A DNA stretch of 64,000 bases from an uncultured virus (IMG/VR IMGVR_UViG_3300007515_000005) (IMGVR_UViG_3300007515_000005), one strand, 5' to 3'. Positions 1 to 10,653 are shown, numbered from the stretch's first letter. Notes: generated from the letters alone by a model not told the origin. Numbers and translations are program-made.

Positions 1-333
1 GATGGCTCGGTTAGTTCTTTATCTGATAGCAGAATCAAGTCTAGCGTTGCAGATTTAACAGACGGACTAAGCATATTAAAACAATTAAGGCCTGTTACAT
101 ATAAGTACAACGACAAATCAGAATTTTATACTACTGCTGATGACACGACCACAAGATATGGTTTTGTTGCTGATGAAGTTAAAACAATCGCACCACAATA
201 TACAACGACAGGAGATGGGAAGGTTGATGGCGTGGAAGTAAATGATTTTAAATCTTTATCGCAAACAAAAATGATACCAATGCTTGTAAAAGCAATTCAA
301 GAACTAGAGACACGATTAGCCGCTTTAGAATAA
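1..333 (+). CDS. 3' end of tail fibre/spike gene: C-terminal intramolecular chaperone (peptidase S74-like) domain, partial
   Basis: Frame +1 reads ...SLSDSRIKSSVADLTDGLSILKQLRPVTYKY...YGFVADEV...MIPMLVKAIQELETRLAALE*, showing the SDxRxK cleavage motif, a GFxAxEV motif and a terminal coiled coil. Not in the ORF track because it lacks a start. Confidence 0.85.
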   Translation, partial: DGSVSSLSDSRIKSSVADLTDGLSILKQLRPVTYKYNDKSEFYTTADDTTTRYGFVADEVKTIAPQYTTTGDGKVDGVEVNDFKSLSQTKMIPMLVKAIQELETRLAALE

Positions 334-360
334 AAAAGCCCGCTAGTTAGCGGGCTCTTC
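332..360. terminator. Intrinsic terminator between convergent late and early genes
   Basis: Hairpin AGCCCGCTA-GT-TAGCGGGCT flanked by an A-run (a U-run on the minus strand). Confidence 0.75.
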
Positions 361-591
361 GTTTGTGTCGTCTGTATCGGGTTCAGCTTCTAAAATTTGT
401 TGAAGTCTAGTAGTATATCCTTCTTTAGCAAGAATTAGCCTATCCAAGTTTCTTCTAGCTTGATTAGTTTCTTGGTCTACTAAATTAATCTCCAAAACAA
501 ATGTCTTAGCTTCATCACTTAAATCAGAAATAATATATTTCTTATCATTAAGAACTAATACAGGTTCTTCTCTAACTTCATTATCCGTCAT
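343..591 (-). CDS. Hypothetical coiled-coil protein (DUF6447-like)
   Basis: 82 aa with KKYIISDLSDEAK followed by a coiled coil; translationally coupled to nrdB. Confidence 0.6.
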   Translation of the reverse strand: MTDNEVREEPVLVLNDKKYIISDLSDEAKTFVLEINLVDQETNQARRNLDRLILAKEGYTTRLQQILEAEPDTDDTNEEPAN

Positions 592-1550
592 TTGAATATA
601 TCCTTCCAGTTTCCACTTGTACTACCTCTTGCATACTCTGTAGCACGATTTTCAAAAAAGTTGGTATGCTCAACACCATTTAACATATAATCTAACCAAG
701 GCAAAGGGTTTTCATCACTATGAAAGATATTCTTTAAGCCTAAACCTAATAATCTTCTATCTGCGATATATCTAATATATGCCTTTACTTCGTCTGCTGT
801 TAATTCAGGAATTTCTGCATTTTCAAAGCAAGTATCAATAAAAGCATCTTCTAGTTCTACTACTCTTTCAGCAGCACAATAGATTTCATACTTCAACTTA
901 TCATTCCATTCTAAAGGATTCTCCCTTATAAATGTCTTAAATAAATTGCTCATACTTTCTACATGAAGGGATTCGTCACGAATACTCCATGTAACAATCT
1001 GTCCCATTCCTTTCATTAGATTATGTCTAGGGAAATTTAAGAGTATAGCAAAACTACTAAACAATTGTACTCCTTCCGTAAACCCACTATAAACAGCTAA
1101 TGTTTTAGCCATCTCAAATGGGTTTTCCATATTAAAGTTTGTTAAGTAATCATGCTTATCTGCCATAGTTTGAATCTGTGAGAACATTCTATATTCTCTT
1201 TCATCATATCCAAGTGTATCTAATAGCAAAGCATATGCTTCTTGATGTACTGCTTCCATAGAAGCAAATGCTGAAAGCATCATTCGTACCTCAGGTTGTT
1301 TAAATACTGGCAGATAATGAGTAGCATAGCCACTAGCTACATCTACATCAGCTTGTGTAAAAAATCTAAATATCTGAGTAAGTAATTTTTTATTACCCTC
1401 TGATAATTTCTCTCTAAAATCCTTTAAGTCATCAGCAAGATTTACTTCCTCTGGAAGCCAATGCATTTGCTGTTGTAACTTGTAGGCTTCAAAAGCCCAC
1501 GGATAGTTAAAAGGTTTATAATAATTTCTTTCTTCTAATAAATTTGCCAT
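588..1550 (-). CDS. nrdB: Ribonucleotide reductase class Ia beta subunit
   Basis: Motifs FFTQAD, EAVHQEAY, EGVQLFSSF, RDESLH and NFFE. Confidence 0.97.
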   Translation of the reverse strand: MANLLEERNYYKPFNYPWAFEAYKLQQQMHWLPEEVNLADDLKDFREKLSEGNKKLLTQIFRFFTQADVDVASGYATHYLPVFKQPEVRMMLSAFASMEAVHQEAYALLLDTLGYDEREYRMFSQIQTMADKHDYLTNFNMENPFEMAKTLAVYSGFTEGVQLFSSFAILLNFPRHNLMKGMGQIVTWSIRDESLHVESMSNLFKTFIRENPLEWNDKLKYEIYCAAERVVELEDAFIDTCFENAEIPELTADEVKAYIRYIADRRLLGLGLKNIFHSDENPLPWLDYMLNGVEHTNFFENRATEYARGSTSGNWKDIFK

Positions 1551-3316
1551 TATCCCTCACATGCTAAACAATCTTCTTCTCCATAGTCGAAGATATATTC
1601 TCTTAATTTTTTATCCGATACTGTATCGGCCCTCTTTATTGCTTCACTACGCAAGTAGTAAAGCGTTTTCATTCCCTTTCTCCATGCCATCATATGAACA
1701 TTGTGTAGTTCTTGTTTTGACACATCAGCAGGAAAGAAAACATTACAACTTTGAGACTGGCAAATAAATTCCTGCCTCATAGATGCTAATTGTATAACCC
1801 ATCTTTGGTCTATTTCCACAGCGGTAGCGAATACTCCTTTCTCATGTTCATTCAAAAACTCTAAGTGTTGAATGGATCCATGATTCGTGATAATACTTTT
1901 CCAAACTTCGTCTGTGTTTCTACCTTTCTGCTCAAGTAACTGTTCAAGATACTTGTTCTTAAGTAGAGAACTCCCCGTCTTAGTCTTTTGAGTAAACGCG
2001 TTAGCTCTAAAAGGCTCAATACTAGGACTTGTATTACCACAGATAATACTAGAACTGGCATTAGGAGCAATAGCCAAAAGATGAGCATTACGTACTGTTC
2101 CACCTTTGTCATCAGGACACGCTCCTCTTTCTTTAGCAAGTTCTTCAGTTTCAAACTGTGCTTGCTCTTTTATATGTCTGAACATAGTATAATTTGTACT
2201 TTGAGCATACATACTTTCAAAAGCTATGTTTTTCTTTTGTAAATATGCGTGGAATCCCATCGCTCCAAGTCCTATACTCCTTTCTCTCATGGCACTATAT
2301 TTTGCCTTTTCCAGAGAGTCTGGAGCATTATCAATAAAGTAGGTCAATACATTGTCTAGAAATCTTATTAAATCTGGAATAAAATATTCATTATCCTGCC
2401 ATTCATCAAATTTTTCCAAGTTTACACTTGATAAACAACATACTGCCGTTCTTTCTTCATCTGTAGGTAAAGTAATCTCAGAGCAAAGATTGCTATGATT
2501 TACTTTTAAACCTAATTCTTTTTGAAACTCTGGTAGAGCTTCATTCACAGTATCTTCAAACATTATGTATGGTTCTCCTGTTTCAACTCTATTTTGAATC
2601 AGTTTTACCCATAATGTTTTTGCTTGTACTGTCTTTTTCACTTTCCCACTATGTGGGTCTATTAAATCCCAGCTATCGTCAAATCCATCTTCTTGTGTTG
2701 CTCTATCTATTAACTCCATGAAAGAGTTAGGAATAACAACAGCGTGATGCAAATTAGTAGATTTTCTGTTGATATCGCCACCAGTAGGTTTGCGGACATC
2801 AAGAAACTCTTCAATTTCTGGGTGACTAATGTGTAAATATGACGCATAACTGCCTCTCCTTGTAACACCTTGACTGAACGCTAACATTTGTGCGTCCACT
2901 ACTTTCATAAATGGGATTACTCCCGTACTTTCACTCCCATGACTTGTTTTAGAACCTACACTACGAACATCACTCCATGTGCCGCCTATTCCTCCACCTA
3001 CGGAAGATAGCCATGCATTCTCTGTATAGTGTTCACTAATACCTCCTCTGCTGTCTTCTACATAATTAAGAAAACAACTAATAGGCAGGCCTCTTTGTGT
3101 ACCACCATTAGAAAGAATAGGGGTTGCAAACATAAACCACAATTTACTGGCATAGTCATAAATTCGTTGTGCGTGTTCTTCATCATCAGCAAAAGCAGTA
3201 GCTGCTCTTGCAAAAGCCTCTTGGGGAGATTTTTCGGTATCTATCATGTACCTATCTTGTAGAGTTTTTTTACTAAACTCATCAAGACTGTTATCTCTCT
3301 CATAATCAATTATCAT
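1550..3316 (-). CDS. nrdA: Ribonucleotide reductase class Ia alpha subunit, short form with no obvious ATP cone
   Basis: Motifs ATPILSN, PISCFL, SNLCSEI, APNASSS, TLYYLR and C-terminal CLACEG. Confidence 0.97.
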   Translation of the reverse strand: MIIDYERDNSLDEFSKKTLQDRYMIDTEKSPQEAFARAATAFADDEEHAQRIYDYASKLWFMFATPILSNGGTQRGLPISCFLNYVEDSRGGISEHYTENAWLSSVGGGIGGTWSDVRSVGSKTSHGSESTGVIPFMKVVDAQMLAFSQGVTRRGSYASYLHISHPEIEEFLDVRKPTGGDINRKSTNLHHAVVIPNSFMELIDRATQEDGFDDSWDLIDPHSGKVKKTVQAKTLWVKLIQNRVETGEPYIMFEDTVNEALPEFQKELGLKVNHSNLCSEITLPTDEERTAVCCLSSVNLEKFDEWQDNEYFIPDLIRFLDNVLTYFIDNAPDSLEKAKYSAMRERSIGLGAMGFHAYLQKKNIAFESMYAQSTNYTMFRHIKEQAQFETEELAKERGACPDDKGGTVRNAHLLAIAPNASSSIICGNTSPSIEPFRANAFTQKTKTGSSLLKNKYLEQLLEQKGRNTDEVWKSIITNHGSIQHLEFLNEHEKGVFATAVEIDQRWVIQLASMRQEFICQSQSCNVFFPADVSKQELHNVHMMAWRKGMKTLYYLRSEAIKRADTVSDKKLREYIFDYGEEDCLACEG

Positions 3317-4157
3317 TCAAATATTCCTTTACATTTGAGGATAAATCCTCTAGATTCATTCCTGATTCAATTAATGCTTGTTCTGAATAACTCTCCAAAT
3401 CCATAAGTTCAGCATTTAACAATAATCGGTCAGCGTTCTCATTCAGGGACTGTATATATTTGTATCTGCTGTCTATTGGACAGGAATTGTATATGTCATA
3501 TAAGTCCCCATACTGTTCTATAAGTTGTGTAGCTCTTTTAGGGCCGATACCAGAGATGCCAGGTATGTTATCTCCTGTGTCTCCAGCTAAACATTTGAAT
3601 GTCAGAAAGTGTTCTGGTTCAAAATCATAGTGTTCGTCCCAATTATCTACTGTTGTTTCTTTTCTAGTGACTGTAGAAAAACGAGAAACACCGTCTTGTA
3701 TAAGTAAATCCCAATCTTTATCTGAAGATATTAACCAGATTTCTCCTACACTAAAATCTTTTCGTTTTCCTACTATCCAAGCGGCCAAGTCATCAGCTTC
3801 CAAACCGTTTTGTCTTATCACTAAATAGCCTTTATTCTCTAATCGTTTAAAGGCATTTGCAAATTCTGCCATAAAAACCTCAAACTCTTTCTTTTCTGCG
3901 TCTGTTTGGTCTTTATACTTTTCTTTTCTATTTGCTTTATATTCTGGGTAAAGGTTTTTACGGTAAACACTACCGCCATCTGCAAGAATAATTATATTTC
4001 CACAGTTATAGGACTTAGCTAAACTCTCAACAGTTCGTACATAATCATTAGTATAGTATGGTACTTTCTTGTACCTCCACCTAAACGCAATGTTTAGCCC
4101 GTCTACTATCATCAAGTTTTCGTTATTTTCTAATTTTCCTACTTCTGTAAATTTCAT
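3306..4157 (-). CDS. 5'-3' exonuclease / flap endonuclease (T5 D15-like)
   Basis: Motifs NLMIVDGLN, YPEYKANR, EADD, SSDKDWD and GDTGDNIPGISGIGPKRA. Confidence 0.93.
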   Translation of the reverse strand: MKFTEVGKLENNENLMIVDGLNIAFRWRYKKVPYYTNDYVRTVESLAKSYNCGNIIILADGGSVYRKNLYPEYKANRKEKYKDQTDAEKKEFEVFMAEFANAFKRLENKGYLVIRQNGLEADDLAAWIVGKRKDFSVGEIWLISSDKDWDLLIQDGVSRFSTVTRKETTVDNWDEHYDFEPEHFLTFKCLAGDTGDNIPGISGIGPKRATQLIEQYGDLYDIYNSCPIDSRYKYIQSLNENADRLLLNAELMDLESYSEQALIESGMNLEDLSSNVKEYLNDN

Positions 4158-4264
4158 CTATTTTCCTATAATGTTCCGTCTTCCGTTCCAATGACCAATA
4201 TAGTACGAAACTATACTCACTATTACAAAATTCATTAACATATAAATTGTATACCATTCCATCA

Positions 4265-5428
4265 TTATTCTCCATGACCTTTCATAAATTCTGGGTAAGC
4301 TTTCCTACCCGTTTCCCACATATCGGAACCACCAAGTTCCTCGTCTGTACCTACTCTTATTCCTATTGTCTTTTTAAACCCGTACCATACTATGTATGAC
4401 GAGCCAAAAACAAAGGCAAATATTGATGCTGTACCTATTGCTTGATTAACAAAGGTAGCATCTGGGTTTAATATTGGTACTAACATTAACCCTAATATAC
4501 CTGCACTTCCGTGCACACTTATTGCTCCAACGGGATCATCAATTCCCCACTTCTCTAAATAACTCATAGAGAGTGGAACTAATAATCCACCTAATGCTCC
4601 ATATATAATGGAAACATATGGTGAAGGAGTCAAAGGATCTGCGGTTATAACCACTAACCCTGCTAAAGCACCATTACATACTGCATTAAGAGCTGTTCTG
4701 CCTAACCATAATTTAGACAAAATCATAGCGCTAAGTAACCCTGCAGCTGCTGCTGTATTTGTATTAACAAAGATTTTTGCTACTGCATTTGCATTTTCAA
4801 AACCATCTATTGCTAATTGAGAACCTCCATTAAACCCGAACCAACCCATCCAAAGTATCAATGTTCCCAAAGTTACTTGAGCTGTATTGGAGCCGTGTAT
4901 TGGTTGAGGTACTCCATCTTTTGTGTATTTTCCTATTCTTGGGCCAATCAATAATACAGCTGCTAAAGCCGCTGCTGCCCCTGCCATATGAACGATACCT
5001 GATCCTGCGAAGTCAAAGAATCCTAACTCACTTAACCAGCCGCCGCCCCATGACCAAGAGCCTTGTATTGGATATATTAATCCTGTAAAGACTATTGCAA
5101 AGCCTAAAAACGACCATAATTTCTTTCTTTCTGCTACTGCGCCAGAAACAACTGACATAGCTGTAGCTACAAATACTACTTGAAAGAAAAAATCGGACAT
5201 TAAAGCGTGGTCATCGGGTGGAACCCACCCATACATTATAGTATAACCACTTAATAGAAAAGTAATACACGCAACACTATATAATGATACATTTTTAATC
5301 AGTATCTCATTTACATTTTTAGAACGAACTGAGCCTGCTTCTAACATGGTAAAGCCCGCGGCCATCCACATAACAAGCAATCCAGTAACTAAAAAGTAAA
5401 AAGTATTCAATGAATAACTTAATTCCAT
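4265..5428 (-). CDS. amt: Ammonium transporter (Amt family)
   Basis: Multiple TM helices; GFTMLEAGSVRSKN, DFAGSGIVH, WFGFNGGS and DDPVGAISVHG (both pore histidines present). Confidence 0.96.
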   Translation of the reverse strand: MELSYSLNTFYFLVTGLLVMWMAAGFTMLEAGSVRSKNVNEILIKNVSLYSVACITFLLSGYTIMYGWVPPDDHALMSDFFFQVVFVATAMSVVSGAVAERKKLWSFLGFAIVFTGLIYPIQGSWSWGGGWLSELGFFDFAGSGIVHMAGAAAALAAVLLIGPRIGKYTKDGVPQPIHGSNTAQVTLGTLILWMGWFGFNGGSQLAIDGFENANAVAKIFVNTNTAAAAGLLSAMILSKLWLGRTALNAVCNGALAGLVVITADPLTPSPYVSIIYGALGGLLVPLSMSYLEKWGIDDPVGAISVHGSAGILGLMLVPILNPDATFVNQAIGTASIFAFVFGSSYIVWYGFKKTIGIRVGTDEELGGSDMWETGRKAYPEFMKGHGE

Positions 5429-5441
5429 TCTTTTTCCTCGT

Positions 5442-5591
5442 TTAGTTATCCTCCCAAATTGTGCCTTTTTTCCAAGCCTTATCGGCTTCCTTTTCGGTTA
5501 AACCACATATTACACAGGGCTTCCCTCTCGGAGTCCAAACTTTTCTATCCTCACATAAGTGAAGCCAAAAAGTGTCCATGTTTTCTGTCAT
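5442..5591 (-). CDS. Small protein, possibly zinc-binding (49 aa)
   Basis: Manual translation MTENMDTFWLHLCEDRKVWTPRGKPCVICG...; HxC...CxxC; start overlaps the D13 stop. Confidence 0.45.
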   Translation of the reverse strand: MTENMDTFWLHLCEDRKVWTPRGKPCVICGLTEKEADKAWKKGTIWEDN

Positions 5592-7378
5592 TCTAACCTG
5601 CTTATATTGTCCTCCTTTATCACCTCTATCTTTTCAAGTAGAGGGTGAGTCCAACCGTGAGAGACTAAATAAGTATTTAGTTCCTCTCCAAGTAGTATTT
5701 CTACTAGTTTCTCTTTACCTTCATCATCAAGCACACTTATAATTTCATCAAGAAATAGTGTGTTAATGCGAGAACTAGAAATGCTACTCATTAATTTTCT
5801 AATTGCTAATAAAGTAGCTGTATTAACCCTTGCAAGCTCACCGCTTGACAAAGCTAGTATATCTACTATTTTCGCATTATCTGTAATTTCTACATTAAGT
5901 CTGTCATTCGTTACTACGAACTCCAAACTGAATCTACCTTCTGATAATTCAGCAAGGTAGTCATTTGTTAAATCCTCGAGATCTTTTACTAAGTTCTCGA
6001 TTTTGTAAGCGAGCAGTCCATTTGTACTGAACGCTTTTTTAAGTATCTCTAAATGGGTTGACTTTTCTTCAACTTTTCCCAAAGCCTCCACAATTTCTTC
6101 AAGCTCCCCTTCAAAATTGGCAGTCTGTTCTTGGATTATTTCCAAGCGAGTATTATGTTGCGTTGCTCTATTATTCTCAGCAGCAACAGTTCGTATCTCC
6201 TCCTGCAACCCTTGTATCTTAGAAGAAAGGGTGGCAATTTGGGCAGAAACTTCCTCTTTGTCGAAAATTTGAGAAGGCAACTTGTTGTCCACCTGTCCCA
6301 TAGTTTCTTCAAATTCTTTCTGAAGTGCATCACGCCTGTTCATTCTTTCGTTATTTTTCTTTGCTTCCCGAATTTTTATCTCAAGACCTTCAAGTATATC
6401 ATTGCTTTCTACTATTTCTGCATAGTATTGGTCTTTTAATCTTTGTACTTTATCTTCGTCTATGTACTCTTCACAAGTTGGACATTGTCCTTTCAACTTA
6501 GAGAGTTTAGACAAATGTGCTTGAGAGTCAGACACTCTGGCACTATATATGCCAAGTTTCTGCGATTTGGCTTCAATGTCAACAGTCTCTCCTATGAGTA
6601 GTCTGTCAGGGTTTGCAGCCAGTTGTTGTAGTCTCTCAACATTAAAATTATTGTCTACAATTTTTTTATTTTTTTCGGAAATTTTTTCAAAATCGTTTCG
6701 TAACTGCTGTAATTTCTCCTCATCTTCTGATGATACTTCAGGCAGATTTTTTATTGGAAGTATGTCTATACTCTCCAATTTGTTTTCATCTAACCATTTT
6801 ACTATCGTATCTGACTTACTCTCTAGGCTATTAATTTCTAAAATAACCTCTCGAGCAGCTTCCTTAAAAATATCAAAGTACTCTACATACTCTGTTAACT
6901 TTAGCAGATCGATAAGAAACTTTTTTCTATTTGTATCTGTTGCAGTTAAAAACGCAAGTGATGTGTTCGTATTTTGATATACTAGCTGTGTAAAAGTTTT
7001 GAAATCCAATCCTAGCAATTCTTGAACAGTCTTGTATGTATTCGTTGCGGTGTGAGATGATATATCTTCTCCATTTTTCCACAATTTGCACTTTATTGTT
7101 GCCTTTCTAAATACATCAATTTCATACTGGTCATAGTCTACATCAAAGGTAAGATTTATGCTGTATCCATTATTAATAAAACGGTTTTGTATCTCTTGTT
7201 TTTTAATTCCTTTACTATTCTTATTGAATAAGACTTCTTCGATAATAAGTGGTATGGAAGACTTACCCATTCCGTTGGTACCCACAAGCTGAGTGAGGTT
7301 GCCAGAATTAAGGTCAAGCCGATTTCCTTTACCATAGCTGAAACAGTTATCCCATTGTAGCGTTTTTAGAGTAATCAT
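5588..7378 (-). CDS. SbcC/Rad50-like recombination exonuclease ATPase subunit (T5 D13-like)
   Basis: Walker A GTNGMGKSS, zinc hook CPTC, signature LSSGE and Walker B LFLDE. Confidence 0.93.
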   Translation of the reverse strand: MITLKTLQWDNCFSYGKGNRLDLNSGNLTQLVGTNGMGKSSIPLIIEEVLFNKNSKGIKKQEIQNRFINNGYSINLTFDVDYDQYEIDVFRKATIKCKLWKNGEDISSHTATNTYKTVQELLGLDFKTFTQLVYQNTNTSLAFLTATDTNRKKFLIDLLKLTEYVEYFDIFKEAAREVILEINSLESKSDTIVKWLDENKLESIDILPIKNLPEVSSEDEEKLQQLRNDFEKISEKNKKIVDNNFNVERLQQLAANPDRLLIGETVDIEAKSQKLGIYSARVSDSQAHLSKLSKLKGQCPTCEEYIDEDKVQRLKDQYYAEIVESNDILEGLEIKIREAKKNNERMNRRDALQKEFEETMGQVDNKLPSQIFDKEEVSAQIATLSSKIQGLQEEIRTVAAENNRATQHNTRLEIIQEQTANFEGELEEIVEALGKVEEKSTHLEILKKAFSTNGLLAYKIENLVKDLEDLTNDYLAELSEGRFSLEFVVTNDRLNVEITDNAKIVDILALSSGELARVNTATLLAIRKLMSSISSSRINTLFLDEIISVLDDEGKEKLVEILLGEELNTYLVSHGWTHPLLEKIEVIKEDNISRLE

Positions 7379-8297
7379 TAAACACTCCCATAATTGTTGT
7401 TATCTTTTCATCATTTAAATTAAGTATTGCACTCAAATACTCCGATAATTCTTCCTCGATTGTTAAATCTTTTAGATTTAGTGTAGCTTGACTACTTCGT
7501 TTTATTACTTTCTTATCAAGTAATTCCGAATTTTTAACATTAGCTAAATCTGCTACATCACCTTCAATCTCATAAATTGTGTGGTGCCAATCTGTTAATA
7601 TCATATCTTCCTGTTTAGTAACAGTCTTTCTAATTAGTTGTGGTAGGTCAAAATTTTGCCAATCCCAACTCCAATTATCTTCATCTATAGTTATAAAACC
7701 AGTTTCTACTTCTTCTCTGTGAAAAGAAGTTGTCATTGGGCTGCCTGGATAGACTATGTTTCTTTGTGTATTTGAGTGACTATGCAAATCTCCAGCAAAA
7801 ACTACTGGGAATGCAGCTAATCTATCCAAATCAACCTCTGGTATTACATGAGGTGGTATTTCACCCCTTACATGAGTAAAGAGAGGTTTATTAACATTAC
7901 AATTTTCTATAGATGTAGGCTTGTGTAAGTCTGCATATGGAAGAATTGTAAACTTCTCAAATTCTGTTGTTTTGTCTACTATTGTAACTAAATCATTGAC
8001 ATCTTGAGTTGCTCTCTTTAAGTTTGAGAAAAATGTTTTGTTCTTTTTTGTAGCTTCATGGTTTCCATCGTAAATGAAGGTGGGTATAGTAACCCCCCTT
8101 ACAAAATCGAAGTAAAGTGTGAGTTCGTCCATAGAGGGGACTCTATCGAATAGGTCTCCGCCTATTATATGAAAATCATGTGAATTTTCGAGTTGTCTTA
8201 TTTCTTGAAAAAATAATTCAAATCGGCTACACGCCCACGGCAAGGGAACATTCTTCTGGCCTAGCTTTAAGTGCCAGTCTGCCGTAAATAAAATCAT
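7347..8297 (-). CDS. SbcD/Mre11-like metallophosphoesterase nuclease (T5 D12-like)
   Basis: Motifs ADWH, GGDLFD, GNHE and GDLH. Confidence 0.93.
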   Translation of the reverse strand: MILFTADWHLKLGQKNVPLPWACSRFELFFQEIRQLENSHDFHIIGGDLFDRVPSMDELTLYFDFVRGVTIPTFIYDGNHEATKKNKTFFSNLKRATQDVNDLVTIVDKTTEFEKFTILPYADLHKPTSIENCNVNKPLFTHVRGEIPPHVIPEVDLDRLAAFPVVFAGDLHSHSNTQRNIVYPGSPMTTSFHREEVETGFITIDEDNWSWDWQNFDLPQLIRKTVTKQEDMILTDWHHTIYEIEGDVADLANVKNSELLDKKVIKRSSQATLNLKDLTIEEELSEYLSAILNLNDEKITTIMGVFNDYSKNATMG

Positions 8298-8923
8298 GAA
8301 ATGCTAAATTCCTCATTGACTTCATCTGGAGTTTCATTACTAGGAGTAGTTACTCTTTGAAGTAATTCTAATTGAGCATCTGGAGTAGGTCTTGGTAAGA
8401 CATCGTCCATTGAACGAAGGTCTGCAATTTTTCCTTGCTCTTCTTCGGTTAAAGGTCTTTTCTTACATTTAAGTGCCTGTAATCTGTACTCAACATTGAA
8501 GGCCATAGGCCCAGTCTTAACTCTTTGAAAATAGATATCCCAACCTTCTTCTGGGTCAGTAGGATCACCTAAGTCATCAGCAGCAACCATTATTTGCTCC
8601 ATCAATTTTTTCTTTAAGTTAAGGACTTTAACATTGCCATCAGCTGGGTCAATACATTGTGCTGCATATGCCCAACCGCATTTTAGATCAGGAAAAAAAT
8701 CTCTTACATGATCCTTTTCTTTATTATTGAATGTTTCTGTATCTCTATCGAAAGCAAGACATTCCATAGGAATATTCTTGTTGTTTTCGCCTTTAATCCA
8801 GTAAACATATCTGGGTAATAGATCGCCCACTATGCGAAGAACATTGTCTCCGTCTTTGTAAGTATATTGAGCTATCTTTTCTTTTTTTGCTGCGCCTTGC
8901 GCTTGATTAAATTTAATTGCCAT
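8294..8923 (-). CDS. T5 D11-like protein, putative ssDNA-binding/recombination protein
   Basis: LPRYVYW, ECLAFDR and acidic C-terminus; syntenic with T5 D10-D11-D12. Confidence 0.8.
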   Translation of the reverse strand: MAIKFNQAQGAAKKEKIAQYTYKDGDNVLRIVGDLLPRYVYWIKGENNKNIPMECLAFDRDTETFNNKEKDHVRDFFPDLKCGWAYAAQCIDPADGNVKVLNLKKKLMEQIMVAADDLGDPTDPEEGWDIYFQRVKTGPMAFNVEYRLQALKCKKRPLTEEEQGKIADLRSMDDVLPRPTPDAQLELLQRVTTPSNETPDEVNEEFSIS

Positions 8924-9320
8924 TGTTTTTTCCTTTTGCGTTATCCTCGAATTTAAAATGAATTACTCCATCTTCCATTCGAAGCAATCTGTTTTTGTTT
9001 ATTAGTTCTTCTACGAAAGGCAAGTGTATAAGTTCTAAACTTGTCCTTCCTGTTTTTTTGTAATATAAATAATTGCGATATGAAGCTACCATTACATATA
9101 GGGAAGCATTCATATACCCATATTTTTTAGCTTCTCTAAGTAACTGTTCGGGGTTTAGTAAAAAACTATTCCCCTTAAAATCCTTTCCATAAAACTTATA
9201 TGCTGGATCTTTTGTACTATAGGGAAGCCTATTATGAGTTAATATATGAATAATCGTTAAAACCGAGGCTGGATCGCCTTTAGTCGCCCGCATTATTTTA
9301 TCCCAATTATATTTTATCAT
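8913..9320 (-). CDS. Conserved T5-like hypothetical protein (start revised to MIKYNWDK)
   Basis: The upstream part of the tracked ORF runs through a TTGACA-17-TATAAT promoter; lies between D10 and D11. Confidence 0.6.
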   Translation of the reverse strand: MIKYNWDKIMRATKGDPASVLTIIHILTHNRLPYSTKDPAYKFYGKDFKGNSFLLNPEQLLREAKKYGYMNASLYVMVASYRNYLYYKKTGRTSLELIHLPFVEELINKNRLLRMEDGVIHFKFEDNAKGKNNGN

Positions 9321-9372
9321 TATATTATACCAAAATTTAGAATCCGTGTCAAGTAATATTTTTCGGAGGTTA

Positions 9373-10653
9373 TTACAAGGTTGATACCTCATACCCCTGC
9401 TTAATATAATAACCAAGTCGTGCGCTAGCTTGACGCTTTGCAGTCTTGCCTATTAAATGTATATCTACTACTGTGGGTTGTTGTTTCCCTTCGTATTGAC
9501 GGATTATTCTTCCAATGAGCTGTGTAAGTAACGGCTCGTTATTTACTGGCGTGCCTAAAATTAAGCAACTAAGAATATCTAAAGAAATACCTTCTGAGAA
9601 AATACTTTGAGTCCCATACAGTATGTTTTTATCTTTAAATATCTGATTGATAATATCAGGTCTTTCTTCGTGAGGGATTGCTCCCGTCACACAAACTGCG
9701 TCATCGCCAGTTAGTTTGGCACAGTTTTTTAAAAAATCTACTCTATCAGATACCACTAACACTTTATGACCTCGTGCAGCATATGCACTTGCAGTCATAG
9801 CTATAGAATTTTGATACTCTGGATTATATGCCAGCTCATTCACTCTATTAGCCCAAGGGATAGCGTTTCCGTCCATGAATCGAATATCCATTTTTAAAAT
9901 ATCTATTTTAGGCATCATAAAGTTTTCTTTTGGTGGTTTTAAAACATTATCTCCAAAATAATCTTTAAATACTACATGCCTACCATCTTTTCTTGTTAGT
10001 GTGCCTGTAAGTCCAATTTTATATCTAGCACAACTTTTATCTATAATTCTTGAAAAAGTTGGACTACTAACATGATGCATCTCATCAAGTATTACTAGTC
10101 CAAATTCTCGTCTAATCTCTGGAATCCTTCTGTATAAAGTTTGAATATTTCCTATCACAATAGGACTATTTATATCAAATTTTCCACTACCTATGACTCC
10201 AGGCTCAATTCCAAATACTTTTCTAACTTCATTTTCCCATTGTTTTCTTAATGTTAAAGTATGCGTTACTACTAAGGTTTTCTGACCTAGCTTAGCAGCT
10301 ATTGCTAAAGCTGTAAATGTCTTTCCCCAACTTACCCAAGCGTTAATTATACTACTATCATTTACTTCATCATATACTGATTGCTGACTTGGTCGTAATT
10401 CATACTTAAATGAAGGAAATTCTACAGGTTTAGTAATTCGTTTGTCCTTAATCTCATGGTCAAATGGGATTAAATCTATTCTTCCCGAAGGAATTGTTAC
10501 CAAATCTTCTCGAATAGTCCCCATATTTTTAATTATTATAGGCGGGTCTGAAAACTTAAATGATGGGATAGCATAAGTAAGCTCCTCATCAATTTTCTTT
10601 TTTGTATGAGGTAAAACGTCTAAATATATTCTATCACTTATTACTGCTTTCAT
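9373..10653 (-). CDS. Superfamily 2 helicase (T5 D10-like)
   Basis: Motifs SWGKT, DEMH, GLTGT and QLIGRIIR. Confidence 0.92.
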   Translation of the reverse strand: MKAVISDRIYLDVLPHTKKKIDEELTYAIPSFKFSDPPIIIKNMGTIREDLVTIPSGRIDLIPFDHEIKDKRITKPVEFPSFKYELRPSQQSVYDEVNDSSIINAWVSWGKTFTALAIAAKLGQKTLVVTHTLTLRKQWENEVRKVFGIEPGVIGSGKFDINSPIVIGNIQTLYRRIPEIRREFGLVILDEMHHVSSPTFSRIIDKSCARYKIGLTGTLTRKDGRHVVFKDYFGDNVLKPPKENFMMPKIDILKMDIRFMDGNAIPWANRVNELAYNPEYQNSIAMTASAYAARGHKVLVVSDRVDFLKNCAKLTGDDAVCVTGAIPHEERPDIINQIFKDKNILYGTQSIFSEGISLDILSCLILGTPVNNEPLLTQLIGRIIRQYEGKQQPTVVDIHLIGKTAKRQASARLGYYIKQGYEVSTL

